Positions 1 through 10,073 of a stretch of 32,000 bases of DNA are shown piece by piece (within the stretch, counting starts at the first letter, position 1; the number at the start of each line of letters is the position of its first letter). The notes beneath the pieces were generated by a model. That model searched no databases and was not told the origin of the DNA. It worked only from the letters and a program-made list of their open reading frames with translations. This DNA is from Candidatus Methanoperedens sp. (GTDB taxonomy: Archaea; Halobacteriota; Methanosarcinia; Methanosarcinales; Methanoperedenaceae): positions 90,001 to 122,000 of the forward strand of contig JBGQBI010000005.1 of the NCBI GenBank assembly GCA_041494705.1. The letters run 5' to 3'. A program made the position numbers and the translations under genes.

Positions 1-1360
1 CATGCTGCGTTATATGCTCAGGCGCGACCTTAAGATGCCCGCTCACATGATGCGCGCAAAGCTCCGGGAGATAACCGGATGAATCCGCCAGTACGAGGTC
101 GTAACGAATACCTGAGCCGATGAATACTTTTTTAACGCCTGGAATCTCGCGAAGGCGCCGCAGAAGTTCAACCTGTTTTTCATGACTCGCATCAAGGCTC
201 TTGCAAAAAGTGCATATTTTATCTGTACATGCGCCCTGCATATCCCAGCGCGCGCAATGCAGCATATACATGTTGGCTGTCGGTCCTCCCACATCCTGCA
301 CGATGCCTTTGAAATCAGGCATCTTTGTCATTCTTTTAACCTCGCGCACAATAGATTCGATACTGCGGCTTTGCACGATTCTTCCCTGATGATGCGTCAG
401 GGCGCAGAAAGAGCACGCTGCAAAGCATCCGCGGTGGCTTACTATCGAAAACTTGACAGGAGCAAGCGCAGGTATGGGTTTTTTATAGGAAGGGTGGGCT
501 TTTCTTGAGTATGGGAGTTCATACACATGATCAAGTTCCGCAGTGGTTAAAGGCATGGCAGGCTTATTCTGGATAATTACTGTTTTCGGGTGCGGCTGCG
601 CTACGGGTCTTCCCTGTACCGGGTCTTGCTCATGGTAATGGAGTTTGAAAGCCGTTGCGTACTGTTCTTTATCCTTTGAGACTTCATCGAATCCGGGTAT
701 CACATCGTAATCCCCCTGTTCAGCCAGGTGCCATTTTTTAATTTCCATCTTGATGGCCGTCCCGGGGATATCGGTGATATCTTTTATGCTATCGCCGCGG
801 GACAACATGCGTGAAATCTCCAACATCTGCCTTTCACCCATCCCGAAAACCAGTATATCCGCTGGCGCATCCGCAAGGATTGACTGGCGCACCGAATCCT
901 GCCAGTAATCATAATGCGCAAACCGCCGCAGGCTTGCCTCGATGCCTCCAAGAACTATCGGGGTTCCAGGGAATATCGAATGAATTTTATCAGAATAGAC
1001 AATCGCAGCGCGGTTTGGTCTAAGTCCTCCTTTTGCTGCTGGCGAATAAACATCATCGCTTCGTACTTTCAGGTTTGGAGTATAATTATTCACCATGGAA
1101 TCCACGTTCCCTGAGGTGACGCCAAAGAATAGGCGCGGTTTTCCGAGTTTCTTAAAATCTATATCGCTCTTCCAGTCAGGCTGGGCTATGATACCCACGG
1201 TGTAGCCTGCATCCCATAGCACCCGCCCGATTATTGCAGCGCCAAATGAGGGATGGTCAACATAGGCGTCGCCTGTTACGAGGATTATGTCAAATTCATG
1301 GATTCCAAGCTCTGCGGCTTCACGCATGGACATGGGAAGGAAAAAAGGTTGGTGTTTCAT
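1..1360 (-). CDS. ygiQ: YgiQ-family (UPF0313) radical SAM protein, partial; the C-terminus lies off the left edge
   Basis: Absent from the ORF track because the frame has no stop in the window. My translation from the ATG at 1360-1358 gives MKHQPFFLPMSMREAAELGIHEFDIILVTGDAYVDHPSFGAAIIGRVLWDAGYTVGIIAQPDW... It stays open to position 1 and contains HRGCFAACSFCAL (a CxxxCxxC radical SAM cluster motif). The N-terminal region is typical of YgiQ proteins. Confidence 0.85.
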   Translation of the reverse strand, partial: MKHQPFFLPMSMREAAELGIHEFDIILVTGDAYVDHPSFGAAIIGRVLWDAGYTVGIIAQPDWKSDIDFKKLGKPRLFFGVTSGNVDSMVNNYTPNLKVRSDDVYSPAAKGGLRPNRAAIVYSDKIHSIFPGTPIVLGGIEASLRRFAHYDYWQDSVRQSILADAPADILVFGMGERQMLEISRMLSRGDSIKDITDIPGTAIKMEIKKWHLAEQGDYDVIPGFDEVSKDKEQYATAFKLHYHEQDPVQGRPVAQPHPKTVIIQNKPAMPLTTAELDHVYELPYSRKAHPSYKKPIPALAPVKFSIVSHRGCFAACSFCALTHHQGRIVQSRSIESIVREVKRMTKMPDFKGIVQDVGGPTANMYMLHCARWDMQGACTDKICTFCKSLDASHEKQVELLRRLREIPGVKKVFIGSGIRYDLVLADSSGYLPELCAHHVSGHLKVAPEHITQH

Positions 1361-1386
1361 GTTTTGGTTTAATTTACATTCAGGAT

Positions 1387-2166
1387 TTAACAATCCCGCT
1401 TCTTACATTCCTGAAGCAGTTCCTCAAACGTATAGTGTTTCGGTATTACCTTAACCTCTATCCCGAACCCTGATAAAGTATCAGCCGTCGGTTTCCCGAT
1501 TGCGGCAACTGTCTTTTCATTCATTATCCTGACAAGCTCATCCTTCACTCCCATTTCATCCGCAAGCGCCATGAAATTCCTTGCCATCATCGAGCTTGTG
1601 AATGCAAATATGTCAATTTCCCCGGCAAGCGCCCGCTCCATAAGCCTTTTGTGCCTTTCATCCCTCGGGCTTATTAACTGGTACACCTGCGTCTCATGAA
1701 CAACCGCGCCCTTTTTCAGGAGCCCATCGACAAGTTCGGGCGCGCCGTGACTGCTCCGGGCAATCTCGATTACCGCCCCTTCAATTCCGCTCATTTGTTC
1801 AACAAGCCCCTGCGAACTGAAAGATTCCGGAACAATACTCACATGTATTCCGTTTTTTTGAAGGGCTATTTTTGTATTCGGGCCAATTGCGACCACATGC
1901 GTCTTATTGAGCTGGTCTATAAATTCATCAGGGTCATCCAGTTTTAAAAGCGTGAACTCAACGCCATTTGCGCTTGTGAATATCACGTAGTCCACTTTTC
2001 CACCTATGACCCTCTCCACAAATCCCTTAAAATTAGCATCTGTCTTATCCACCACATCAATCATGGGCGCGGTAATCGTATCGAATCCCATTGAATTTGC
2101 GAGTTTTACCGACGCTGCCAGATACCCGGCAGGTCTCATAATGGCAATTACTTTCATAGCTATCAT
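1387..2166 (-). CDS. hemD: Uroporphyrinogen-III synthase
   Basis: 259-aa ORF with an ATG start, a HemD-like two-domain pattern, and a position at the end of the hemL-hemC-cobA cluster. Confidence 0.85.
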   Translation of the reverse strand: MIAMKVIAIMRPAGYLAASVKLANSMGFDTITAPMIDVVDKTDANFKGFVERVIGGKVDYVIFTSANGVEFTLLKLDDPDEFIDQLNKTHVVAIGPNTKIALQKNGIHVSIVPESFSSQGLVEQMSGIEGAVIEIARSSHGAPELVDGLLKKGAVVHETQVYQLISPRDERHKRLMERALAGEIDIFAFTSSMMARNFMALADEMGVKDELVRIMNEKTVAAIGKPTADTLSGFGIEVKVIPKHYTFEELLQECKKRDC

Positions 2167-2279
2167 TTTTTAACACATAGGAATTTATAAACGCATTTTC
2201 TTATCCCGCTATTGAATAAATAAGTTGATTACATATTATTTTATTCTGGATTATCAATCCCGGTCAGATAATTAACCAC

Positions 2280-2328
2280 GGAGGACACAGAGAGCACTGA
2301 GATTTGTTATTTTTTTTCTCTGTGTCCT
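2280..2328. repeat. Perfect 13-bp-stem hairpin (GAGGACACAGAGA / TCTCTGTGTCCTC) with a 23-nt loop containing a T8 run, between the cobA stop and the hemD start
   Basis: Arms at 2280-2292 and 2316-2328 are exact reverse complements. The left arm sits in a 9-nt periodic CACNGAGRN tract (CACGGAGGA CACAGAGAG CACTGAGAT). Confidence 0.6.
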
Positions 2329-2347
2329 CTGCGTTGTCTGTGCTTTT

Positions 2348-3085
2348 TCAACGAACCAATTCATGGTGGAGTTTTACCACATCGCCTATAACGGTTATAG
2401 CCGGCGCCTTTACTTTTCGCTGTTTGCAAAGTCCCACGATATCCGCCAGCGTCCCGATAGTGACGCGCTGGTCTGGCCGCGTGCCCCTTTCAATAACAGC
2501 CACAGGCGTATCGATGGATTTCCCGTGTTTTACCAGTTCCTTAACATTGCGCGAAAGCATGCTGACGCCCATAAGGATAACGAGCGTCCCTTTAAACCGC
2601 GCCAGCAGTTCCCAGTCAAGGGCAGTATCTTCTTTTTCAGGGTCTTCATGCCCTGTGATAAAAGTGACCATTGAAGCATAATCGCGATGCGTTATCGGAA
2701 TTCCCGCGTAAGCCGGAACCGCAATAGCCGAGGTGATACCAGGCACAATCTCGACCTCAATACCCTCTTGCGCAAGCGTCTGGGCTTCCTCGCCTCCGCG
2801 CCCGAAAAGATAGGGGTCTCCCCCTTTAAGCCGCACTACTATTTTTCCTTCCTTTGCCCGCTTGACCAGCAATTCATTTATCTGCCACTGTGAAAGCTTG
2901 TGGTCACCCGCATATTTCCCGACATCGATCTTTTCCGCGGATTCTGGCAGCATATTAAGTATCGCCTCTCCCGGAAGCTGGTCGTAAAGGATAACCTCTG
3001 CGCTCTCTATAAGCCTTTTTGCCTTTATTGTCAAAAGCTCGGGGTCACCAGGACCTGAGCCCACAAGATAAACTTTCCCGGTCAT
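2348..3085 (-). CDS. cobA: Uroporphyrinogen-III C-methyltransferase (SUMT)
   Basis: The N-terminus [35 protein letters not shown] is the classic tetrapyrrole methylase signature. 245 aa. Confidence 0.92.
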   Translation of the reverse strand: MTGKVYLVGSGPGDPELLTIKAKRLIESAEVILYDQLPGEAILNMLPESAEKIDVGKYAGDHKLSQWQINELLVKRAKEGKIVVRLKGGDPYLFGRGGEEAQTLAQEGIEVEIVPGITSAIAVPAYAGIPITHRDYASMVTFITGHEDPEKEDTALDWELLARFKGTLVILMGVSMLSRNVKELVKHGKSIDTPVAVIERGTRPDQRVTIGTLADIVGLCKQRKVKAPAITVIGDVVKLHHELVR

Positions 3086-4031
3086 GTTTTCCTCTTTTTG
3101 CTGCGAACATTTTTATTGCTTCTTCAACGAGTTCTCCTCCACCTTTTTGTTTCAACTCGTTCCCGATGCTCAGAGCTTTCTGCTCATATTCGGCAGGGTT
3201 TATAAATTCATCTATTTTTATGCAGCGTTTTCCATCCACTGAGAGAACCTCGCAGCGAACATGAATCTTATCGCCCTCAGTTTGTGCAAATGCCCCAATC
3301 GGCACAAGACAGCCGCCCCCAAGGATACCGATAATGATGCGCTCTATCCTTGTTTCAAGTCGTGTTTTTTCATTATCCAGCGCTTTTGCCGCGCGCTCTG
3401 CTTCCGAATCTTTTTTCGTGACTATGACCACGGTTCCCTGGTTTGCAGATGGGACAAAATCATCAGGATTCAGGCGTTCACCCGGAATATCCCATTTCAT
3501 ACGTTCAAGCCCGGCTTCGGCAAGGAATATACCGTCGTACTGCCCTTCCTTTAGCTTGCGAAGGCGTGTGTCGATGTTACCGCGCAGTTCTTTTATGATA
3601 AGGTCATTGCGGAATCGCAAGAGCTGTGCGCGGCGCCGCAGGCTCGTGGTTCCTATGGTTGCGCCGGCTGGCAGGTCTTTTAATTTGGCGCCGTCGCGCG
3701 TGAGCAGGAAATCATATGGGGAATCACGCTTCATCACAGCCGCAATCGTAAGTTCTGGAGGGCGTTCCGTGGGAACGTCTTTCATGCTGTGCACCGCGAT
3801 ATCGATATCATCTGCCAGCATCGAATCATCTATCTCCCGTACGAATACACCGAATCCCTGCACTTCATGAAGAGGCCTGTCGGTGAAGGTATCGCCGCAC
3901 GTCTTTATGATTTTTATTTCGGTTTTAATGCCGTTTTTTAAAAGAAGTCCTGAAACGAGGTTTGCCTGGGCAAGCGCAAGCTTACTGCCCCTCGTTCCTA
4001 TCCGAAGCGACGTATTCCCGGAAATCTTCAT
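3045..4031 (-). CDS. hemC: Porphobilinogen deaminase (hydroxymethylbilane synthase)
   Basis: [13 protein letters not shown] near the N-terminus, plus TSLRRRAQL and [11 protein letters not shown] motifs. It overlaps hemL by 4 nt and cobA by 41 nt. Confidence 0.93.
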   Translation of the reverse strand: MKISGNTSLRIGTRGSKLALAQANLVSGLLLKNGIKTEIKIIKTCGDTFTDRPLHEVQGFGVFVREIDDSMLADDIDIAVHSMKDVPTERPPELTIAAVMKRDSPYDFLLTRDGAKLKDLPAGATIGTTSLRRRAQLLRFRNDLIIKELRGNIDTRLRKLKEGQYDGIFLAEAGLERMKWDIPGERLNPDDFVPSANQGTVVIVTKKDSEAERAAKALDNEKTRLETRIERIIIGILGGGCLVPIGAFAQTEGDKIHVRCEVLSVDGKRCIKIDEFINPAEYEQKALSIGNELKQKGGGELVEEAIKMFAAKRGKHDRESLSCGLRSW

Positions 4032-5293
4032 TTCAAATTCCTTCGATAAGCCTCTATGGTCTTATCTATATCTTCCTGTGAATGGGCAAGCGATAAGAAG
4101 TTGGTCTCGTATTGCGACGGCGGCAGGAAGATGCCGTCAGCAAGCATTTTCTTAAAGAACACATTGAACTTTTCTTTATCGCATTTTAACGCATCCTGGT
4201 AATTGTACGGCATATCGCCGAAGAACACCTTGAACATGCTACCGATACCGCTTACGCTGTAATCAAGACCGAGGTCGCTGATTACATCCGATAGACCGGC
4301 GCGCATGGAATCCCCGGCTTTGTTCACTTTCTCATGAACTTTTTCATCCCTGAGGGTTTTGATTACCGCAAGCCCGGCGGTCATGGATACCGGGCTGCCG
4401 TTGAAAGTGCCGGCCTGGTAGACCGGTCCTGCGGGAGAGATATTTTCCATGATCTCGCGCTTTCCTCCTATCACGCCAATGTGAAAGCCGCCGCCGAGTA
4501 TTTTCCCAAGCGTGGTCATGTCGGGCGTAACACCGAAATATTCCTGCGCACCGCCCATGGCAAGACGGAAGCCCGTTATGACCTCATCAAAAATCAGCAC
4601 AACATCATTCTCACGCGTTACGGCGCGGACTTCTTTTAAGTAGCCCTCTTTCGGAAGTATTGGCCCGATATTGCCAAGCACAGGTTCGATGATAACCGCA
4701 GCCACATCGTCTTTATACGCATCTATTGCAGCGGTCATTGCCTCGATATCATTAAAAGGCACTTGCAGCGTATTTTTCGTGAAATCCTTTGGAACGCCAG
4801 CTGAATCGGGCATACCGAGCGTAGTTGCGCCAGAACCTGCTTTTACAAGCACCGCTTCATGGGCGCCGTGGAATCCGCCTTCGATTTTGATGAATTTGTT
4901 CTTGCCTGTAAATCCTCTTGCAGCCCGGAGAGCGCCCATCGTAGCCTCTGTCCCCGTGGAAACAAAGCGTACCATATCTATGCTCGGATAAAGTTTGATT
5001 ATCTCTTTTGCAAGCGTTACCTCAAGTTCGGTTGGAGTGCCATACAGCCAGCCGTCAGAGAGCTGTTTTATCACAGCCTCTTTGATAGCTGGATAGTTAT
5101 GGCCAAGAAGAAGAGGCCCATATCCCATGACATAATCGATGTACTCGTTGCCGTCGATATCTGTTATTTTTGAGCCGTTTGCGCGTTTCGTGTAAAAAGG
5201 ATATGGCTTGATTGCCCGGACCGGGCTGCTCACGCCTCCAGGAAGGACTTTTTTTGCCTCTTCGAATAATTTTCTTGATTTCTCAGTATTCAT
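4028..5293 (-). CDS. hemL: Glutamate-1-semialdehyde 2,1-aminomutase
   Basis: 421 aa. The pattern [22 protein letters not shown]...FDEVITGFR...TLGKILGGG is typical of HemL, a class III aminotransferase. Confidence 0.95.
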   Translation of the reverse strand: MNTEKSRKLFEEAKKVLPGGVSSPVRAIKPYPFYTKRANGSKITDIDGNEYIDYVMGYGPLLLGHNYPAIKEAVIKQLSDGWLYGTPTELEVTLAKEIIKLYPSIDMVRFVSTGTEATMGALRAARGFTGKNKFIKIEGGFHGAHEAVLVKAGSGATTLGMPDSAGVPKDFTKNTLQVPFNDIEAMTAAIDAYKDDVAAVIIEPVLGNIGPILPKEGYLKEVRAVTRENDVVLIFDEVITGFRLAMGGAQEYFGVTPDMTTLGKILGGGFHIGVIGGKREIMENISPAGPVYQAGTFNGSPVSMTAGLAVIKTLRDEKVHEKVNKAGDSMRAGLSDVISDLGLDYSVSGIGSMFKVFFGDMPYNYQDALKCDKEKFNVFFKKMLADGIFLPPSQYETNFLSLAHSQEDIDKTIEAYRRNLK

Positions 5294-5340
5294 GGATTAC
5301 TAAAATTAGAGGATGAAGTAATATAATTTGTGATTTTCAC

Positions 5341-5356
5341 TTAAAAAATAAAAAAA
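5341..5356 (-). terminator. Oligo-T tract immediately 3' of tRNA-Asp
   Basis: The minus strand reads TTTTTTTATTTTTTAA directly after the tRNA discriminator base. Archaeal RNA polymerase terminates at oligo-T. Confidence 0.45.
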
Positions 5357-5429
5357 CGTCCGGACCGGGATTTGAACCCGGGTCGGAGACTCGACAGGCC
5401 TCCATGATAGGCCGCTACACTATCCGGAC
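5357..5429 (-). tRNA. tRNA-Asp (anticodon GUC), no encoded CCA
   Basis: The reverse complement GTCCGGATAGTGTAGCGGCCTATCATGGAGGCCTGTCGAGTCTCCGACCCGGGTTCAAATCCCGGTCCGGACG folds as a cloverleaf. It has a 7-bp acceptor stem, a GAGGC/GTCTC anticodon stem, a CTGTCGA loop and a CCGGG-TTCAAAT-CCCGG T-arm. Confidence 0.93.
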
Positions 5430-5606
5430 TTTTGGGGATTCGCATAAAGGGTTTTGTTGCATTTAAGCCTTTTGTTAATGTGTTGATGAAATGTCTTTTG
5501 ATTTTAGCCTTGATTTAAATTCTTCTTTTGAAATCCCTTTGAAATCAGAAAGGCGGCGATAATGTTCTTTGATATGTTCCGCAGACGCAGGGCTCAACAA
5601 ATCCTA

Positions 5607-6308
5607 CTACCCCTTCTGATAAGCCACATCCGTAAGAGTTGCCATATCACTAACAGCTCCGGCATAAATGGAGGATATCTTTACGCTGAAAATATTGTTG
5701 TAATTATAGGTCTCACCCTCGGACAGAACTTTATCATCTAATTTAATTCCATTTCTGGAAAGAACAAGCCATATCTGTTTTGGGGTTGCTTTGGCATCTA
5801 TTGCCTGTGCCTGGACCGACCAGCCATCACCGATACTCCATGTTTCACCAACAGCCAGGGTTATTCTCGTTCCCGATGTTCCATCAACAGGTTGAGATGG
5901 TGCTGATGCTAAATTTAAATATATGCTGCCTGTCTTTACCCCGCCATTTGAGGTTACGGTGATAGTTCCTTTATAGTTTCCGGGAACGAGGTCAGCGGTA
6001 TTGATATTAATGGTAACAGTACCGGAACCGGTTCCGCTTTCCGGGTAAACTTTTATCCACCATGGCTGGTCGGCTCTTACATTCCAGGACAATGTCCCGC
6101 CGCCGGTATTGGATATCGAGAAGGCCTGATATCCTGCTGCGCTATCAAAATTAAAGGACGGCGGGTCCGGGGATACGGACAGGAGCGGCGGTCTGGCAAT
6201 CAGGTATGCGATTATGCCAATGATGATAATAACAGCAACGATAATCATATTTCTCATGTTTGAAGGCTTCCCCGTGTCTTCTTTTATTTTATCATCTGCT
6301 TCTGCCAT
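5607..6308 (-). CDS. Membrane-anchored surface protein with a BACON/Ig-like beta domain and a C-terminal S-layer duplication-type domain
   Basis: The track ORF 5607-6320 starts at GTG; the first ATG is at 6308 (MAEADD...). It has an N-terminal TM helix (IIVAVIIIIGIIAYLIA). The C-terminal ~85 aa align by eye with the 14590-15117 protein (G-x-[ST]-[WY]...VWL.L...Y.Y...I.[SV][IV]K...). Confidence 0.6.
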   Translation of the reverse strand: MAEADDKIKEDTGKPSNMRNMIIVAVIIIIGIIAYLIARPPLLSVSPDPPSFNFDSAAGYQAFSISNTGGGTLSWNVRADQPWWIKVYPESGTGSGTVTININTADLVPGNYKGTITVTSNGGVKTGSIYLNLASAPSQPVDGTSGTRITLAVGETWSIGDGWSVQAQAIDAKATPKQIWLVLSRNGIKLDDKVLSEGETYNYNNIFSVKISSIYAGAVSDMATLTDVAYQKG

Positions 6309-6512
6309 ATTTCGACCCACGCATAAATTGATGAGCGAATATAAAGATGCATCGGAAGTTATATCATTTGCCGTGCATCTTATGGTTTTTGTTGGCTAAA
6401 AACTTTTAATGCCATAAATCTTATCAGGTTTATAGCTACTGATTTTAAAACAGATTACGATTCTACAGAGCAATTATAAATAGTTTCATCTTTATTTAGC
6501 CTATTCACAAAC

Positions 6513-7790
6513 ATGAAAGTGACAATCCAGAAATCGGACATAAAAGGAACCGTCAACGCCCCTCCCTCAAAAAGCTACACCCACAGGGCTATTGCAATAG
6601 CTGCGCTCTCAAAAAAAGCAACAATCAATAACCCGCTGATATCCGAAGACACAAAAGCAACGATAAGGGCATCCGAAGCTTTCGGGGCTGAAATCGTATC
6701 AAAAAAAGATTCCCTGGTTATCAAAGGGTTTGACGGGAAATTAAAAATCCCTGACAATGTAATTGATGTCGCGAACTCAGGCACCACGCTTCGCATAATG
6801 ACAGCGGTGGCATCGCTTGTAAACGGCGCCACTGTCTTAACAGGCGATGCAAGCATCAGGACAAGACCCAATACGCCGCTTCTGAATGCGCTAAACGACC
6901 TCGGCGCCGAAGCCTTTTCCACGCGCAATAACGGGAAGGCTCCGATTGTGGTGAGGGGGAAAATGAGGGGAGGGGCTGTTTATATCGACGGCTCTGTAAG
7001 TTCGCAGTTCATTTCCGCGCTCCTCATCGCCTGCCCGTTTGCATCAAACAGGACAAAAGTGATGATAAAAGGCGAATTGAAATCCCGTCCGTATGTGAAT
7101 ATTACAATCGATATGCTAAAAGGCGCAGGCGCAAAAATAACCGCAGATAACCCGAACACTTTTACCATTCCGCCTGAGCAGGAATATGACATGAGTTCCT
7201 ATAATGTCCCGGGCGATTTTTCATCTGCATCGTATATGATGGCCGCAGGCGCGCTGTGCGGTGATATTACTATTAAGAACCTGTATCCTTCAGAGCAGGG
7301 TGATTCGGCATTGATTGAAATTCTCGGGAAAATGGGAGCGCAAATCTCATGGAACGAGAAAAAAGGAGAGGTCAGGGTAAGCAAGAGCGAACTTAATGGC
7401 ATCGAAGTGGATGTCGGGAAGACCCCAGACCTTGTGCCAACGCTGGCTGTGCTTGGCGCGGCCTCGAAGGGAACCATGGTCATCGGGAACGCAGAACATG
7501 TGAGGTATAAGGAAACTGACAGGCTTCATGCAATGACAGTTGAACTTAAGAAAATGGGCGTGGACATCACAGAGGAAAAGGACAGGCTCATAATAAAAGG
7601 CGGCGCGATAAGAGGCGCAGAGGTGCACGGCTGGGATGACCACAGGATTGTCATGGCGCTGGCTGTTGCCGGATTGGTGGCTGGCGATACGACAATCGAC
7701 ACGATTGAATCTGTAAGCATTTCGTATCCGGGGTTTTTTGAGGATTTGAAAAAAGTGGGCGCAGCAGTTGAGATGCCTTCGCAGGATTAA
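6513..7790 (+). CDS. aroA: 3-phosphoshikimate 1-carboxyvinyltransferase (EPSP synthase)
   Basis: 425 aa with PPSKSYTHRA, NSGTTLR, DHRIVMA and ISYPGFFEDL motifs. Confidence 0.95.
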   Translation: MKVTIQKSDIKGTVNAPPSKSYTHRAIAIAALSKKATINNPLISEDTKATIRASEAFGAEIVSKKDSLVIKGFDGKLKIPDNVIDVANSGTTLRIMTAVASLVNGATVLTGDASIRTRPNTPLLNALNDLGAEAFSTRNNGKAPIVVRGKMRGGAVYIDGSVSSQFISALLIACPFASNRTKVMIKGELKSRPYVNITIDMLKGAGAKITADNPNTFTIPPEQEYDMSSYNVPGDFSSASYMMAAGALCGDITIKNLYPSEQGDSALIEILGKMGAQISWNEKKGEVRVSKSELNGIEVDVGKTPDLVPTLAVLGAASKGTMVIGNAEHVRYKETDRLHAMTVELKKMGVDITEEKDRLIIKGGAIRGAEVHGWDDHRIVMALAVAGLVAGDTTIDTIESVSISYPGFFEDLKKVGAAVEMPSQD

Positions 7791-7810
7791 AGTATCGCGC
7801 AGGATTACGA

Positions 7811-7826
7811 TATATTTTAATACACC
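7811..7826 (+). promoter_or_regulatory. Putative TATA box for the tRNA-Met gene
   Basis: TATATTTTAATACACC lies about 25-40 nt upstream of the mature 5' end at 7850. Confidence 0.35.
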
Positions 7827-7849
7827 CTTTGCATGTAGGAAAGGTTTGT

Positions 7850-7959
7850 GCCCAGGTGGCCTAGTTGGTTAGGGCGCCAGACTCATAGGGTAAATTTGAA
7901 GAGGCGCTAAAGCTTCCTGAGAAATCTGGAGGTCACGGGTTCGGATCCCGTCCTGGGCA
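7850..7959 (+). tRNA. tRNA with CAU anticodon (elongator Met most likely; Ile2 not excluded), carrying a 36-nt intron at 7888-7923
   Basis: Acceptor GCCCAGG/CCTGGGC, T-arm ACGGG-TTCGGAT-CCCGT, anticodon stem CCAGA/TCTGG. The loop CTCATA is interrupted at position 37/38. CTCA (7882-7885) pairs with TGAG (7918-7921), flanked by two 3-nt bulges, which is a canonical bulge-helix-bulge. Confidence 0.9.
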
Positions 7960-8091
7960 TGCTAACCTAATTTTCCAAACATATTCTTGTGAATACTTCG
8001 CTTCCTTGGGCACTACGGTGTGCGATTTTATTCACAGAGAGCCGCGAAGGTCGCAAAGATAGTTTTAATTGTTGGTTTTTAACTATAAATA

Positions 8092-9078
8092 TTAACAAAC
8101 CTTTGCATCCACCACCACATGCCACACACCCGGAGAGTATTTCTTTATTCTCCGCACACCGATAATCTCCACATTCCTCCCAATCTTCCCCGAAGCCTCC
8201 ATTATTCTCTCAACAGGGCGGCGCTCAACAGCCTCGGGCACAGCCTCATGATAGTGAATAATCCCGCCCGGCACAAGGGCGCGGATGCCCTGCTCAAGAT
8301 AAAGATGTGCGTCTAAATAACCCATGATTACACGGTTTGCAATCCCGCGCGGAGTTACTATCGAGCAGTCACCGGCTACAGGTTCGATTATGTTTCCGAC
8401 CTTGTTAAGCTTGATATTCTGTTTTAGATAACCAAATGCTTCAGGATTAATCTCTATTGCAAATATCTTTCCTGGCTTTGAATGTACTGCCATAGGTATT
8501 GAAAAATACCCGATACCTGCGAACATATCGACAACAACTTCACTCTTCCCCAGCCTGCTCATTCGCTTTTTTTCAGCGAGGTTGCCCTGGGAAAACATTA
8601 TCCGCATGGCGTCAAGCTTAAAAAAGCAGCCATTCTCCTTGTGTATGGTTTCGGTATTTTCCCCGGCGATTATTTCCCTGACCGGCTGCCTCATCTGACC
8701 TGTGATTCCCCTGTCAAGAAGTACTGTCCTGCATGCCGGATATAAAGAAATTAATGCCTCCCCTATCTCCGCTTTTCGGTGTTCCAGTTCTACCTTGAGC
8801 GTAACTATGACAATATCCCCGAGAACCTGCCATCCCGAAGGTAAAAGTTTTTTTTCGCTATCAGGAATATCAAGAACATCGCCGAGGGTTTTTTTCGGGA
8901 TGTATAACCTTGGAGCTTCCTGCTCAACCAGTGTAAAGCCTTTGATATCAAACTTTATCGGGATTTCAACAAAGCTTTCTTTTCTGACGAGCTTCCTTGT
9001 TTTATCGAGCGCATCCTCTAAAAGCAGTTTTTGCCTTACGTTTTCAGCTTCCTCCACTCTCGCAAGAACAGCCTTCAT
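8092..9078 (-). CDS. trm5: tRNA (guanine37-N1)-methyltransferase, Trm5/Taw22 (Met-10+) family
   Basis: 328 aa. The SAM-binding motif VVDMFAGIGYFSIPMA and ...FAIEINPEAFGYLKQNIKLNKV are typical of archaeal Trm5b. Confidence 0.8.
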   Translation of the reverse strand: MKAVLARVEEAENVRQKLLLEDALDKTRKLVRKESFVEIPIKFDIKGFTLVEQEAPRLYIPKKTLGDVLDIPDSEKKLLPSGWQVLGDIVIVTLKVELEHRKAEIGEALISLYPACRTVLLDRGITGQMRQPVREIIAGENTETIHKENGCFFKLDAMRIMFSQGNLAEKKRMSRLGKSEVVVDMFAGIGYFSIPMAVHSKPGKIFAIEINPEAFGYLKQNIKLNKVGNIIEPVAGDCSIVTPRGIANRVIMGYLDAHLYLEQGIRALVPGGIIHYHEAVPEAVERRPVERIMEASGKIGRNVEIIGVRRIKKYSPGVWHVVVDAKVC

Positions 9079-10073
9079 GGATTTCTTGCAATGTACAGGA
9101 TATCACTCAGGATAGAACTTGCAGTCTCTATCGAACCCGCCCCTTTCCCGCTGATTGTTATCCTTCCTGCAAGGTCTGTCAATATCGACGCCACGTTCAA
9201 TGTCCCGCCCACAGCAAGCGGGTGGCGCTTCGGGACAAGGCGCGGCGCGACGGTAAGCTTTCCCTCGCGAGCCTCGCATACGAGTTTCACCACATAATTA
9301 TTCTTGTTTGCAAGTTCAAGCGCTTCTGGTGTGATTTTCGTGATACCTGTAACATCCACGTCGCTGTAAGTTGCATTTTGCCCGAATATCGAATTTGCGA
9401 TAATGACCAGTTTGATGGCAGAATCGATTCCTTCAACATCATATGTCGGGTCGGTTTCAGCAATCCCAAGTTCCTGCGCCTCTTTCAATACAAGCTCATA
9501 AGGCATGCTTTCTTCCGCCATCCTTGTCAGGATATAATTGCAGGTGCCGTTAAGTATGCCCTCAATCCCGATAATGGAATTTCCGGCCAGAGCCTCATGT
9601 ACGAGGTTGAATATCGGGACAGCACCGCCAACGGTCGCCTCATACCGCAGGTGCAATCCATTATCTTCAGCAGCCTCCTTTAACTCGGTGAAACGCAATG
9701 CAAGCGGGCCTTTATTTGAAGTGACCACATGCCTCCCCGCCTTTAGCGCGGCGCGTATGTTGCCAAGTCCGGGTTCTCCGTTTTTAATATTCGTGGGAGT
9801 TACTTCCACAATAATATCCTGTTCCACATCACGTATGATTTCAAGCGCCGTTTCTGTCCCTGTTGCGACGGTGCCTTTCTCTTTTTTCCTGTTCAAGGCA
9901 TTTTCAAGGTCTATTCCCTTAGTGTTTATTTCACTGCCCTTGGAATCGGATATTCCCACGACGCGGATATCATAACCCTGTTTTTTAAGATATTCCTGTT
10001 TTGAAAGGAGCGAACGGGCGACTCCCTGCCCCACGGCGCCAAACCCGATAATTGAAATCTTAATAGTCTTCAT
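9075..10073 (-). CDS. hom: Homoserine dehydrogenase
   Basis: Rossmann motif ISIIGFGAVGQGV, followed by a GILNGTCNYILT catalytic-domain motif. 4-nt overlap with the upstream ACT gene. Confidence 0.92.
   Translation of the reverse strand: MKTIKISIIGFGAVGQGVARSLLSKQEYLKKQGYDIRVVGISDSKGSEINTKGIDLENALNRKKEKGTVATGTETALEIIRDVEQDIIVEVTPTNIKNGEPGLGNIRAALKAGRHVVTSNKGPLALRFTELKEAAEDNGLHLRYEATVGGAVPIFNLVHEALAGNSIIGIEGILNGTCNYILTRMAEESMPYELVLKEAQELGIAETDPTYDVEGIDSAIKLVIIANSIFGQNATYSDVDVTGITKITPEALELANKNNYVVKLVCEAREGKLTVAPRLVPKRHPLAVGGTLNVASILTDLAGRITISGKGAGSIETASSILSDILYIARNP

Noticed and set aside
3045-3085. The 41-nt hemC/cobA overlap as a possible frameshift or fusion signal.
   Set aside because: Both proteins have complete canonical termini (the cobA N-terminus [14 protein letters not shown] is intact). 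The overlap is ordinary operon compaction.
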